Positions 1-9,037 of a DNA stretch of 52,724 nt are shown here, piece after piece (the stretch's first letter is position 1; each line of letters starts with the position of its first letter). The notes below the pieces were generated by a model. The model did no database searches. It had not been told where the DNA came from and saw only the letters and a program-made list of their open reading frames with translations. Source of the stretch: a virus; IMG/VR virus record IMGVR_UViG_3300013800_000015, positions 1-52,724 of that record, one strand, 5' to 3'. The position numbers and the translations under genes are program-made.

Positions 1-78
1 GTTCAAATGGCAGTTGCATTGAACAAGGTGGTACAGGAAGGCAAGGTGAAAGTTGATCATGACTCGGTTAGCCGGTCG
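1..78. repeat. 78-bp end overlap, identical to 52647-52724. The contig is circularly closed or terminally redundant.
   Basis: Direct comparison of the first and last bases of the window. Both read gttcaaatggcagttgcattgaacaaggtgg...cggttagccggtcg. Confidence 0.95.
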
Positions 79-114
79 GAATCGAATTCAGAGCAGGCAG
101 AAACTGAGTATTAA
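1..114 (+). CDS. 3' end of the junction-spanning gene that starts at 51945. It has an acidic tail ...SESNSEQAETEY and stops at TAA 112-114.
   Basis: Frame 1 is open from base 1 and is in phase with the ORF that runs off the window end at 52724 (780 nt, 260 codons). Confidence 0.7.
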   Translation, partial: VQMAVALNKVVQEGKVKVDHDSVSRSESNSEQAETEY

Positions 115-130
115 TAGCCACACACCAACC

Positions 131-171
131 AACTACAACACAATGAAAAATTTTCCTTGTGTTGTAGTTTT
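131..171 (+). terminator. 13-bp perfect stem-loop after the junction-spanning gene; candidate terminator.
   Basis: aactacaacacaa (131-143) pairs with ttgtgttgtagtt (157-169) and is followed by tt. The U-tract is short. Confidence 0.45.
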
Positions 172-188
172 CAGAAAAGGAGAAACAC

Positions 189-500
189 ATGTTTGAAGAA
201 ACACAGAACACACCGACACAATTCCTGGTTTATTTCTTAGCGTTAGCCGCTGGTCTGTATTGGGCCGGTTGGGTATTCGCTGCACTATGGGAATGGTTTA
301 TCTCTCCAATATTAAGCTTGCGGCATATATCCGTTCCAGAGGCAATCGGCTTGATCGTCACAATCGGTTTTGTGTTGGCAAGACATCAGGATAAGAGACA
401 AGAGTTGACTTGGGACAGTATTCAAGACCGAATGGTTGATTGGGTAATGCGCCCCTTGGTCGCCCTTACTGTGTGCGCAATCGTTAACGCTTTCGTGTAG
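189..500 (+). CDS. Small integral membrane protein, function unknown.
   Basis: 103-aa ORF preceded by the conserved RBS aaaaggagaaacacATG. It has several hydrophobic stretches (FLVYFLALAAGLYWAGWVFAAL, AIGLIVTIGFVLA, LVALTVCAIVNAF). Confidence 0.6.
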   Translation: MFEETQNTPTQFLVYFLALAAGLYWAGWVFAALWEWFISPILSLRHISVPEAIGLIVTIGFVLARHQDKRQELTWDSIQDRMVDWVMRPLVALTVCAIVNAFV

Positions 501-509
501 GGGAATAAA

Positions 510-938
510 ATGACAACATTCCAAATACCAGAAGGAAAAATAGTTGACCGGATAGAATTTGAAGACGGTGAAACGATTAATATTGTCTACAAAGAAGATA
601 GACCGAAGAGAAATAAACCGGTTGCTGTATTGTGTGAGACCGACGCACATACCTGTCTTTACCGAGACAAGGCTGCAGAAAAGATTGTGATGTTCAGGCC
701 GGACCATAAACCTGACCCTGCACGCTATGTTCCTGTCAGGAGGGCAAAGGCAGGGGAGTTTGTTGTTCTGTCGCACGACGCGTACAAGGAATCTTTGCGA
801 GAATTATCTGAGCTTTGTGCAATACTTCGCAGCATAGAAAACGGTAATTGCACGACGGAAGAAACGTTTCGACAAATAGACATACTATCAAGGCGAGCCC
901 GCGCGCTCCAGGTGGTCCTTGCGACACAGGGTCAATAA
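510..938 (+). CDS. Hypothetical protein.
   Basis: 142-aa ORF. Its TAATG stop/start overlap couples it to the downstream helicase. Confidence 0.6.
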   Translation: MTTFQIPEGKIVDRIEFEDGETINIVYKEDRPKRNKPVAVLCETDAHTCLYRDKAAEKIVMFRPDHKPDPARYVPVRRAKAGEFVVLSHDAYKESLRELSELCAILRSIENGNCTTEETFRQIDILSRRARALQVVLATQGQ

Positions 939-2089
939 TGTCCTGGACACCACAACAATCCGCAGCCCTCCTCAAGGTGAGGAAATGGTTTTCTCAAAAG
1001 GATAAACCTTTCTTCACGTTGGGAGGTTGGGCCGGTACAGGAAAAAGTACAATAGCCCAACACATCGCTGAAACCTTGGGCGTACCTACTCTCTTCATGG
1101 CCTACACAGGCAAGGCGGCATACGTTCTCAAGCGTAAGGGTGTGCAGGATGTCAGCACTGTGCACAAAGCAATATATACGCCCAAGGGCAAAGCGACCGC
1201 CGCAATCCAGCAATTACAACAGGAATTGTTGAATTGCAGCGACGAGAAACGGAAAAAGGAAATCAACTACCAACTCGACAACCTTTCCCGCCCATCCTTC
1301 GCATTGCGCAACGACAGCCCGTTATCGGGTTGTGGCCTGGTTATTTTGGATGAGTATTCCATGATAAGCCAGCAAATGGGAGAAGACTTGCTATCCTTCG
1401 GTTGCCCAATTCTTGCCCTCGGTGATCCCGGTCAGCTTCCCCCACCGTTCGGCACATCCTTCTTTACCGGACAACCTGATGTAATGCTCACGGACGTAAG
1501 AAGGCAAGCAAAGGATAATCCTATTATCCACCTTGCCACACTTGCGCGAGAAGGGAAGAACATCGCCTTGGGCGACTATGGTGACAGTAGAGTTGTCAGA
1601 CGTGGCGGGAACAGCGATTTTGTGAAGGAAGCAGATCAATTGCTAGTTGGACTAAACAAAAGCCGCGAGGCCGGTAACCGGAACTTGCGTAGGATGCTGG
1701 GATTCGAGGGTGACTTCCCGAATGCCGGTGAAAAACTAGTATGCCTGAAGAATAATGCAGAGGTTGGCTTCTTCAACGGGCAGACCTGGAAGACATTGGA
1801 AAATGCCACGGTACTCGATGATTGCCTTGGGCTAAGTCTTGAGGATGAAGAAGGATTGAAAGCCGGTGCACTTGCCCAAACAGCACCATTCCTTGGGCAA
1901 CCTCTCGACCGTTTCACGGACTTTGACACGTTCGATTATGGCTATGCGCTGACCGTTCATAAGTCCCAAGGTTCGCAATGGGACAAAGTTGCCCTTCTTG
2001 ATGAGTGGTATGGTAATCATCGAGATCAATGGTTGTATACTGGCATAACCCGTGCAGCAGAAAAACTGACGATTATCCGCAATGCCTGA
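938..2089 (+). CDS. SF1 RecD/Dda-like DNA helicase.
   Basis: Walker A GGWAGTGKST, Walker B LVILDEYSMI, and the C-terminal motif ALTVHKSQGSQWDKV typical of RecD/Dda/UvrD_C_2. The start is moved to ATG 938 (TAATG overlap) rather than the track start at 848. Confidence 0.85.
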   Translation: MSWTPQQSAALLKVRKWFSQKDKPFFTLGGWAGTGKSTIAQHIAETLGVPTLFMAYTGKAAYVLKRKGVQDVSTVHKAIYTPKGKATAAIQQLQQELLNCSDEKRKKEINYQLDNLSRPSFALRNDSPLSGCGLVILDEYSMISQQMGEDLLSFGCPILALGDPGQLPPPFGTSFFTGQPDVMLTDVRRQAKDNPIIHLATLAREGKNIALGDYGDSRVVRRGGNSDFVKEADQLLVGLNKSREAGNRNLRRMLGFEGDFPNAGEKLVCLKNNAEVGFFNGQTWKTLENATVLDDCLGLSLEDEEGLKAGALAQTAPFLGQPLDRFTDFDTFDYGYALTVHKSQGSQWDKVALLDEWYGNHRDQWLYTGITRAAEKLTIIRNA

Positions 2090-2118
2090 TTCCATCAAAA
2101 TCATTAAGAGAAAAGTGC

Positions 2119-2158
2119 GAACAGCAAACGTTGTACACCAGTGCAACGTTTGCTGTTC
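2119..2158 (+). promoter_or_regulatory. 15-bp perfect stem-loop between the helicase and polymerase genes. It extends to about 18 bp with a G-U pair. There is no U-tract.
   Basis: gaacagcaaacgttg (2119-2133) pairs with caacgtttgctgttc (2144-2158). Confidence 0.6.
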
Positions 2159-2261
2159 CAGTATTGAAACAGGCACCACATACACCTATTTCTTCATAAG
2201 ACACAACGGCCAAGCCGCAATTCAACGCCTCTGCCAGTCTTGCCTACCACTATTACACTAA

Positions 2262-4280
2262 ATGCACCCACCACTATTCCACACAGTAGAAAGTACCTGG
2301 CAACCGCCAAAGCTGTGCGACCTTCCAGATTGGTCAAACGCCAAACGGGTAGCAATCGACACCGAAACGAAGGACCCGAACTTAAAAACGACAGGTCCTG
2401 GTGGCGGCAGAACGCCGGACAGTTACATAACCGGAATCTCATTCTCAATCGAGGACGGCCCCTCGCATTATCTTCCGATCCGCCACCAGGGTGGGGACAA
2501 TTTGCCGGTTGAAGAGGTGTTGCGGTACATGGCCTACCAAGCCACGAACTTCAAGGGCGTATTGGTTGGCGCGAATCTTGGGTATGACCTCGACTTCCTA
2601 GCCTCTGACGATATCCGATTCACGAAGGTCAAATTCTTTCGTGATATTCAAGTTGCTGACCCGCTACTGTACGAACTACACCAGCACTACTCAATGGGAC
2701 ACATCGCCGCCCGCTGGGGCGAACAAGGTAAGAATGAGGATTTGCTTCGTGCTGCTGCCCAAGAATATAGTGTTGACCCTAAGTCGGGTATGTGGCAGCT
2801 CCCGGCGCGCTTCGTGGGCGCATACGCAGAACAGGATGCGGTGCTACCTCTTAACATACTACGCAAGCAAGAGCGCGAGATTGACAAGAAAAACTTGTGG
2901 CAAATCTATGACCTTGAATCCCGACTACTTCCCCTGCTTGTGAAACTACGCCGCCGGGGTGTGCGAATCGATACAAAGCACCTGGACTACATGGAATCGT
3001 GGGCATTGGCCGAAGAAAAGCAGATGTTAAAGAACATTCACACTGAAACAGGCCGGTTGCTTAGTCTTGACCAAGTAACCAATCCCCGATTCCTTGCGCC
3101 GATATTCGATGCAATCGGTGTGACTATGCCCACAACACCGACAGGCAAATCTAGTGTAGACATTGATTGGATGGGTACTATTGAGCATCCCGTTATGCGG
3201 TTCCTTGAGCGAGCAAGGAAGATAAATAAGCTGCGTAATACCTTTGTTGCCAGTGTCCGTAGGCACATGGTCAACGGTAGAATACACTGCACGTTTAACC
3301 AGCTTCGCATGGCCAAGGAAGAAGGTGGGCTGGATAGCGAAGAATCACAAGGCGCCGCCTATGGTCGGTTAAGCTGTCAAAGCCCAAACCTTCAGCAACA
3401 ACCAGCACGGGAAGACTATTCCGCAATGTGGCGTGCAATCTATCTACCCGAGGAAGGTCAACTTTGGGCAAGTAATGACTTTTCTTCGCAAGAACCAAGG
3501 ATGGCAATTCATGTTGCGTGCCGTGCCCGATCTACGCTTGGACAAGATGCCTGGGAAACGGCTATTGCAGCAAGAGATACCTTCCGAAGGAATCCACGAA
3601 CGGATAACCACGCAATGACGGGAGAGATGATTTATGGCCGACCGCCCACGAAGCTCGAACGATCCCACGCAAAGACCGTCTTTCTGGGTCTTTGCTATGG
3701 CATGGGTGGCGCGAAGCTGTGTAAGCAAATCGGACTTCCCACACGCTGGGTTGTTCGCAACCTTGGGCTGACCTGGGAAGAGCGGATGCAGGTGTTCGAG
3801 TATGGCACACCAGAAGCAGACGCGCTAATCAAACAAGGGCAACAACCCTATGAAGCAGCCGGGGAAGAGGGGCAGCGATTTCTTGAGCTGTTTGACAAGA
3901 AAGTACCCTACGTCAAAAAACTGGCCAAAGCAGTAGAGAGCAAGGCCAAACGAATCGGGGAAGTAAAGACCTACCTCGGGCGATTGTGCCATTTCCCGCA
4001 GGATCAATATGGTAACTTTGAGTGGACACACAAAGCACTTAATCGAGTAATCCAAGGAAGTGGCGCGGATCAAACAAAGAAGGCTATGCTAGATTTGGAT
4101 GCAGCAGGATTCGATATCATGATTCAGGTTCATGACGAAATTGCGATGAGCGTCAACCATAAATCGGAAGCAGAGGAAGCAGCGAGGATAATGGAGCATA
4201 CGATTGAACTGGAAGTACCCACAGTGGTGGACGTTGAGATTGGGGAAAGCTGGGGGCATAGCATGGGTTATGGGAAATAA
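2262..4280 (+). CDS. Family A DNA polymerase with a 3'-5' exonuclease domain.
   Basis: Exo motifs VAIDTET and YAEQDA. Pol motif B KTVFLGLCYGMG and motif C QVHDEI. 672 aa. Confidence 0.9.
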   Translation: MHPPLFHTVESTWQPPKLCDLPDWSNAKRVAIDTETKDPNLKTTGPGGGRTPDSYITGISFSIEDGPSHYLPIRHQGGDNLPVEEVLRYMAYQATNFKGVLVGANLGYDLDFLASDDIRFTKVKFFRDIQVADPLLYELHQHYSMGHIAARWGEQGKNEDLLRAAAQEYSVDPKSGMWQLPARFVGAYAEQDAVLPLNILRKQEREIDKKNLWQIYDLESRLLPLLVKLRRRGVRIDTKHLDYMESWALAEEKQMLKNIHTETGRLLSLDQVTNPRFLAPIFDAIGVTMPTTPTGKSSVDIDWMGTIEHPVMRFLERARKINKLRNTFVASVRRHMVNGRIHCTFNQLRMAKEEGGLDSEESQGAAYGRLSCQSPNLQQQPAREDYSAMWRAIYLPEEGQLWASNDFSSQEPRMAIHVACRARSTLGQDAWETAIAARDTFRRNPRTDNHAMTGEMIYGRPPTKLERSHAKTVFLGLCYGMGGAKLCKQIGLPTRWVVRNLGLTWEERMQVFEYGTPEADALIKQGQQPYEAAGEEGQRFLELFDKKVPYVKKLAKAVESKAKRIGEVKTYLGRLCHFPQDQYGNFEWTHKALNRVIQGSGADQTKKAMLDLDAAGFDIMIQVHDEIAMSVNHKSEAEEAARIMEHTIELEVPTVVDVEIGESWGHSMGYGK

Positions 4281-4297
4281 TAACTTAGGAGAACAAC

Positions 4298-4546
4298 ATG
4301 GAAGTAATTATCGACGGGATTAGATATGTACCAGTACGCGAAGAAACAACCATAAAGAAACCGTTCCACGAACTGATACGCGAGGCTCGTAAACATAAAA
4401 GAGAATCCTTGGAGGAAGCATCAAAGAATATTGGCACGGTGAAAAGTCATTTGTGGGAACTAGAAAAGGCGCGCTGCGTCCCGAACCTAATATTGCTGCA
4501 AGCGATAGTGCGGTACTACTCGATACGATTTGAGGATATTGCATAA
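4298..4546 (+). CDS. XRE-type helix-turn-helix protein.
   Basis: 82 aa. ESLEEASKNIGTVKSHLWELEKARCVPNL resembles an HTH_3 domain. Confidence 0.65.
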   Translation: MEVIIDGIRYVPVREETTIKKPFHELIREARKHKRESLEEASKNIGTVKSHLWELEKARCVPNLILLQAIVRYYSIRFEDIA

Positions 4547-4553
4547 AATTGCT

Positions 4554-4621
4554 TTGACTTCTACGCCAAATGCTGTAAAATAATCAAATCGCAACACAAA
4601 CAATAGAAAAGGAGAAACACC
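4554..4621 (+). promoter_or_regulatory. Conserved early promoter plus leader cassette, copy 1.
   Basis: TTGACT (4554-4559), a 16-nt spacer, TAAAAT (4576-4581), then the leader aatcaaatcgcaacacaaacaatagaaaaggagaaacac and GTG at 4622. Confidence 0.75.
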
Positions 4622-4849
4622 GTGACAATAAGACTACATCAAGATTGCGATATAGCCAAAGAACTAGGGAAGAAAGCTTTTATTTCCAAAATACCCTTTG
4701 ATGCATCGCAAGACCAAGACTTTGTGGTTATGCTAAATAACGCTATCAAGAAACATAACCTGTCGGTATGGGAAACTTTTCCTATTATAGACTCCTGGCA
4801 AGCAGGATGGAAAGAAGCATGCCAACCACATACGGAGACAACACCATGA
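4622..4849 (+). CDS. Hypothetical protein (GTG start).
   Basis: 75-aa ORF directly behind the conserved leader and RBS. Confidence 0.55.
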   Translation: MTIRLHQDCDIAKELGKKAFISKIPFDASQDQDFVVMLNNAIKKHNLSVWETFPIIDSWQAGWKEACQPHTETTP

Positions 4850-5196
4850 CAATAACCCTAGCAACACTACCCCAAGCCACAGCCCAGGAAGTTTACAGCC
4901 AAGTGCGTAAGCACCTACTGACACAGAAAATGAAGTCAATCGAAGAGGGAAAAGGGTGCGTATATCGCGGCCCTGACGGCCTTATGTGTGCGGCAGGTTG
5001 TTTGATATCAGACGAAGAGTACCGTGAGGATATGGAAAGGCAACCTTGGTCGTTCTTGGTGAGCATGGGACTTGCACCTAAGGAACATAAAGAACTAATC
5101 GGTAAATTACAGAGAATACACGACGTGGACGTGGAGGCATACTGGGAACACTGCCTAAACAAACTAGCCGCCGATTTTAACTTGGAGCCAAAATGA
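4846..5196 (+). CDS. Hypothetical Cys-containing protein.
   Basis: The ATGA overlap with the upstream ORF sets the start at 4846 (116 aa). Contains the motif GCVYRGPDGLMCAAGCLI. Confidence 0.6.
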   Translation: MTITLATLPQATAQEVYSQVRKHLLTQKMKSIEEGKGCVYRGPDGLMCAAGCLISDEEYREDMERQPWSFLVSMGLAPKEHKELIGKLQRIHDVDVEAYWEHCLNKLAADFNLEPK

Positions 5197-5786
5197 TTAT
5201 TCACGGAACATATTTAAAAGCAATAGCCCTACTTGCCCCAAAGAAAGAACCAACACGACCTTATCTACTAGGTGTGCATGTCGAGGTCAAAGGATCACAA
5301 GCAATTCTTGTGGCCACGGATGGCGCGGTATTGGGCGCGCTATGTATAATTATCCCAGAAATAGAGGAAGCACACGCATTCACGATTCCGCTGTCCTTAC
5401 TGACCATGATCACAGCGAAAGACGAAGTTACTGTGACATACACCAAAGAGGAACAAGGGCCGGGAACTGTAACTCTTACCCAATGCGGCCGGGTGTTATC
5501 AGGAAAGGCGGTAGAAGGCCCGTATCCACCGTTTCGCCGTGTAATTCCCGAGAAGGTTTCCGGTGTGCAAGATCATTTAATCGCGGTGCGTTACCTGGAA
5601 ACTGCGGCAAAGGTCTGTTCTATGATTAACGGTGTGCCAATGCCAGCAGTACATGTGCATTACAACGGAGGAGCTGCCTGTTTGGTTGACACGCAGAACG
5701 AGGATTTTGTTCTGGTTGTTATGCCGATGAGGGACCCCATCGAACGAATCAAGAATACATATACTCGTCCGGATTGGCTATCGTAA
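5193..5786 (+). CDS. Two-domain DnaN (beta sliding clamp) homolog.
   Basis: RPYLLGVHVEV..ILVATDGAVLGA matches DnaN YYLNGMLFE..VATDGHRLA. GPYPPFRRVIPEK matches GRFPDYRRVLPK. VVMPMRD matches the DnaN C-terminal VVMPMRL. The protein is only 197 aa. Confidence 0.65.
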   Translation: MIIHGTYLKAIALLAPKKEPTRPYLLGVHVEVKGSQAILVATDGAVLGALCIIIPEIEEAHAFTIPLSLLTMITAKDEVTVTYTKEEQGPGTVTLTQCGRVLSGKAVEGPYPPFRRVIPEKVSGVQDHLIAVRYLETAAKVCSMINGVPMPAVHVHYNGGAACLVDTQNEDFVLVVMPMRDPIERIKNTYTRPDWLS

Positions 5787-6172
5787 TGTCTGAATCAAAT
5801 ATGTGGAAAGCGTTAAAACCGTTATTCGATGATAACGGTCTTGACGCACACCGCATCGAAAACAAAATAGAACTTGGTACGCCGGATGTGAATTATTTGC
5901 ATGGATGGATTGAGTTGAAGTATAAAAGCAAGTGGCCTGCCCGTGGCGGGATACTTGCTGTTCCGCACTTTACCGCGCTACAGCGTAGGTGGCTTGCCCG
6001 CCGCCATGCTGCCGGTGGGCGAGCCTTCGTCTTGCTAAAAGTCAACAAAGAGTGGATACTATTTGATGGCAGGACAGGGTCAGAGACCCTGGGCTACCAT
6101 CCAAAAGATACACTATTGCAACACGCCCTAATCTGCACAACAAACAAAAACAAACTACTGGACTACCTATGA
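5786..6172 (+). CDS. VRR-NUC / PD-(D/E)XK family nuclease.
   Basis: GTPD...WIELKYK followed by FTALQRRWLARRHAAGGRAFVL fits the VRR-NUC pattern. TAATG overlap with the upstream gene. Confidence 0.6.
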   Translation: MSESNMWKALKPLFDDNGLDAHRIENKIELGTPDVNYLHGWIELKYKSKWPARGGILAVPHFTALQRRWLARRHAAGGRAFVLLKVNKEWILFDGRTGSETLGYHPKDTLLQHALICTTNKNKLLDYL

Positions 6173-6525
6173 TACTGAAACCACACGAGCTTTTATACTG
6201 CTACCGCAAACGATCAGACAGCACACAAAAACAGATTGCAGAAGAGTTTGGGTTGCCGATCAAAGTTTATCAGGCCATTGAAAACGGCAAGAAGGATCTG
6301 CCTGAAACCATAGCCAAGAAGCTTGACCAGTTCTTTCAGCAAAACTCAGGTGTGACCAAACTTGACAAATGCATCGCGCTACGCCGTAGGCGCAACTTTT
6401 ACCAGCGCCAGATCGGGGAACAGATAGGCTGTAGCCGTGCATGGATCAACGAAATGGAGACGGGCAAAGTTGACCCTGCAAAGCTCATAGCCTATTGGGA
6501 AAAATCACTATTGCGCGAGTTGTAG
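6169..6525 (+). CDS. Protein with two HTH (XRE-like) repeats.
   Basis: STQKQIAEEFGLPIKVYQAIENGKK and FYQRQIGEQIGCSRAWINEMETGK. Confidence 0.6.
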   Translation: MILKPHELLYCYRKRSDSTQKQIAEEFGLPIKVYQAIENGKKDLPETIAKKLDQFFQQNSGVTKLDKCIALRRRRNFYQRQIGEQIGCSRAWINEMETGKVDPAKLIAYWEKSLLREL

Positions 6526-6526
6526 C

Positions 6527-8911
6527 ATGTTGGGCAATACACTTGAGGCGATATCCTTTCTTCGTAAATTCTATGGAGAAAGTCGCTGGGTACTCACCGC
6601 CGTAATTCCCGATGGCCCAACAGATACAAAGACCTTTCATGATGAAGATTCCGCGTGTGAATGGATTGATCGCCTACAGGGAAAGAAAAATATTTATTTC
6701 CACGTAAACCCAACCCGGACGGATAGAACCTCCAAAGCCTCAAAAGAGGATATATACGCACTCCAATGGCTTCACGTTGATATCGATCCACGCGCCGGGG
6801 AGAATATCGAAGAGGAAAAAGCCCGTGCATTGAAAATGCTTCAGAACTTTCCACAAAAGCCCACGGTAATCATCGATTCCGGTGGCGGATTGCAAGGGTT
6901 TTGGCGGCTCAAGCTTTCTGAAGAGTTGATCGTGGAAGGCAACCTGGAAAAAATACAGGCTCTCGAACGCTATAACCTTCAACTTGAGAAAGTATTCCAA
7001 GCTGACCACTGCCACAACATCGACCGGATCATGCGCATACCGGGCACGATCAATCTGCCCACTGAGCGTAAGAAAAAGAAGGGTAGATTGCCCACCCTGG
7101 CCAAGCTGGTGGAATGGAACGACAACGAATTTCCGATAAGCAGTTTTATCCAGGCCGTTCGAGTGCAGGATAAGACACCCGGCCTTGCTGGTGGTCAGCC
7201 CAAGGTGAAGATCGTATCCGGCGCGGTACTTGATATCGGCGTGCAGGAATTGCAGGATTGGGCACGGGAACACAACAAGATCATTTCAGATCACACCTGT
7301 GCGCTGATTGCTTCCGGCCAAGACCCGATTAATCCGACAAAGTATTCGTCAAGATCAGAGGCATTGTTCAAGGTCTGTTGTGATCTGGTTAGGGCAGAAG
7401 TACCGGATGAAATGATTTTCGCAATAATTACCGGCAACAATGAAATTGCGGTAAGCGTGCGGGATAAACCGAACTGGGAGAGGTACGCCAACCGGCAGAT
7501 AGAACGAGCGAAAGAGGACGTGATTGATCCCCACCTTCGGCAAATGAATGAGCGGCACGCTGTTATTTCCGACATTGGGGGCCGGTGCCGGGTGATCAGT
7601 GAAGTTTATGATGAGTCCCTTGAACGCTACAGGATCAGCAAACAGAGTTTTGAAGACCTACGGAATCGATACAGACACCTGAAGGTTGTTGTTGGGCAAA
7701 CGAAAAATGGAGTAGTAGAAAAACCACTTGGCCATTTCTGGCTAGATCATCCGCAAAGGAGACAGTATGAAAAAATCGTATTCGCACCTGGAAAAGAAAT
7801 TGACAGTGCGTATAACCTATGGCAAGGATTTGCCGTGGAGCCTGCTCCCGGTTCAAGCCATGAGTCTTTTCTCAGACACACTAAAGAAAACCTCTGCTCA
7901 GGCAACCAGCAATACTATGAGTACCTTGTCAATTGGCTTGCTCGACTTGTCCAGCATCCGGATAAAACCGGTCAAGTGGCCATCGTACTTAAGGGAGAGC
8001 GAGGAACCGGAAAGTCTTTCTGGGCAAAAACCATAGGGAGACTATTTGGGAGACACTTCATGCAAGTGTCAGACTCCAAGCACCTTGTTGGCTCATTCAA
8101 CGCCCATCTTCGGGATACGGTTCTGCTTTTTGGGGATGAAGCGTTTTTTGCCGGGGATAGAAAACATGAAAGTGTCCTCAAAACGCTCGTCACTGAAGAA
8201 ATATTAGTGGTTGAGGGCAAAGGTATTGATGCTGAAGCTGCGCCCAACTACGTGCATTTAATCCTGGCTTCTAACGAAGAGTGGGTAATCCCTGCCGGAT
8301 TGGATGAAAGAAGGTTCTTTGCGCTTGAGATATCGCCCAACGGGAAGGGAAAGTTTGAATACTTCCAGGCTATCCAGTCAGAGTTAACAGGTGGAGGCTA
8401 CGCTTCCCTGCTGCACTTCCTATTAACCCGCGATATCTCCAAGTTTGAAGTGCGAGACTACCCAAAAACTGAAGCACTACAGCAGCAGAAAATTTTAAGC
8501 ATGTCCGCTGAAATGCAGTGGCTATACAACAAACTTCAGCACGGCTACATCCTGAAGCACGACTCAGAGTGGAAGCCGGTGATAGTCAAAGAGCATTTGT
8601 ATGAAGACTACATTGTCGAAATGCAGGAACAAAGCAAGCAGTATCGTCAAGGCCGCACTGGCTTTTTCAATTTCTTATCGAGCGTTATGCCAGAAGGATT
8701 CCCCGTCTCCCGGCAACAGCAAATGCTTGTGAAGGTGCGAAACGACAACGGGCACCTAGTCGAAATTCGCAAGCGGGTGTACGTGGTTGAGTTCCCGGCA
8801 TTAGACGTAATTCGTGAGCATTGGGACAACAAAATGGGTGGGCCGTTTCATTGGCAACCTGTAGCGGCTACGCAGGGGGAGTTGGAGCCGGAGGATAGGG
8901 TGGAGTTTTAA
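6527..8911 (+). CDS. Bifunctional primase (RepB/AEP-like N-terminus) fused to a D5/P4-type NTPase helicase.
   Basis: WLHVDIDP, GGGLQGFWRL and DRIMRIPGTINLP in the N-terminal part. Walker A LKGERGTGKS and Walker B LLFGDEA in the C-terminal part. 794 aa. Confidence 0.8.
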   Translation: MLGNTLEAISFLRKFYGESRWVLTAVIPDGPTDTKTFHDEDSACEWIDRLQGKKNIYFHVNPTRTDRTSKASKEDIYALQWLHVDIDPRAGENIEEEKARALKMLQNFPQKPTVIIDSGGGLQGFWRLKLSEELIVEGNLEKIQALERYNLQLEKVFQADHCHNIDRIMRIPGTINLPTERKKKKGRLPTLAKLVEWNDNEFPISSFIQAVRVQDKTPGLAGGQPKVKIVSGAVLDIGVQELQDWAREHNKIISDHTCALIASGQDPINPTKYSSRSEALFKVCCDLVRAEVPDEMIFAIITGNNEIAVSVRDKPNWERYANRQIERAKEDVIDPHLRQMNERHAVISDIGGRCRVISEVYDESLERYRISKQSFEDLRNRYRHLKVVVGQTKNGVVEKPLGHFWLDHPQRRQYEKIVFAPGKEIDSAYNLWQGFAVEPAPGSSHESFLRHTKENLCSGNQQYYEYLVNWLARLVQHPDKTGQVAIVLKGERGTGKSFWAKTIGRLFGRHFMQVSDSKHLVGSFNAHLRDTVLLFGDEAFFAGDRKHESVLKTLVTEEILVVEGKGIDAEAAPNYVHLILASNEEWVIPAGLDERRFFALEISPNGKGKFEYFQAIQSELTGGGYASLLHFLLTRDISKFEVRDYPKTEALQQQKILSMSAEMQWLYNKLQHGYILKHDSEWKPVIVKEHLYEDYIVEMQEQSKQYRQGRTGFFNFLSSVMPEGFPVSRQQQMLVKVRNDNGHLVEIRKRVYVVEFPALDVIREHWDNKMGGPFHWQPVAATQGELEPEDRVEF

Positions 8912-8929
8912 CGCAAGCCGCAATAGGAA

Positions 8930-8967
8930 ATAATGAAAGAATTATTTAAAAATATTTCTTTCATTAT
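8930..8967 (+). terminator. AT-rich 12-bp stem-loop between the primase gene and the next promoter.
   Basis: ataatgaaagaa (8930-8941) pairs with ttctttcattat (8956-8967). Confidence 0.35.
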
Positions 8968-8969
8968 GC

Positions 8970-9037
8970 TTGACTTCTATGCCAAACAATGTAAAATAAC
9001 CAAATCGCAACACAAACAACAGAAAAGGAGAAATAAA
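8970..9037 (+). promoter_or_regulatory. Conserved early promoter plus leader cassette, copy 2.
   Basis: TTGACT (8970-8975), 16-nt spacer, TAAAAT (8992-8997), then the leader aaccaaatcgcaacacaaacaacagaaaaggagaaat. Confidence 0.75.

Noticed and set aside
848-937. Upstream extension of the helicase ORF (track start at 848). The same issue applies to the track starts at 8933, 4768, 5774, 51346, 45354, 49295, 22732 and 41506.
   Set aside because: The extensions overlap the preceding gene or a promoter. Internal ATG or GTG codons with TAATG/ATGA coupling or a conserved RBS give cleaner gene boundaries.
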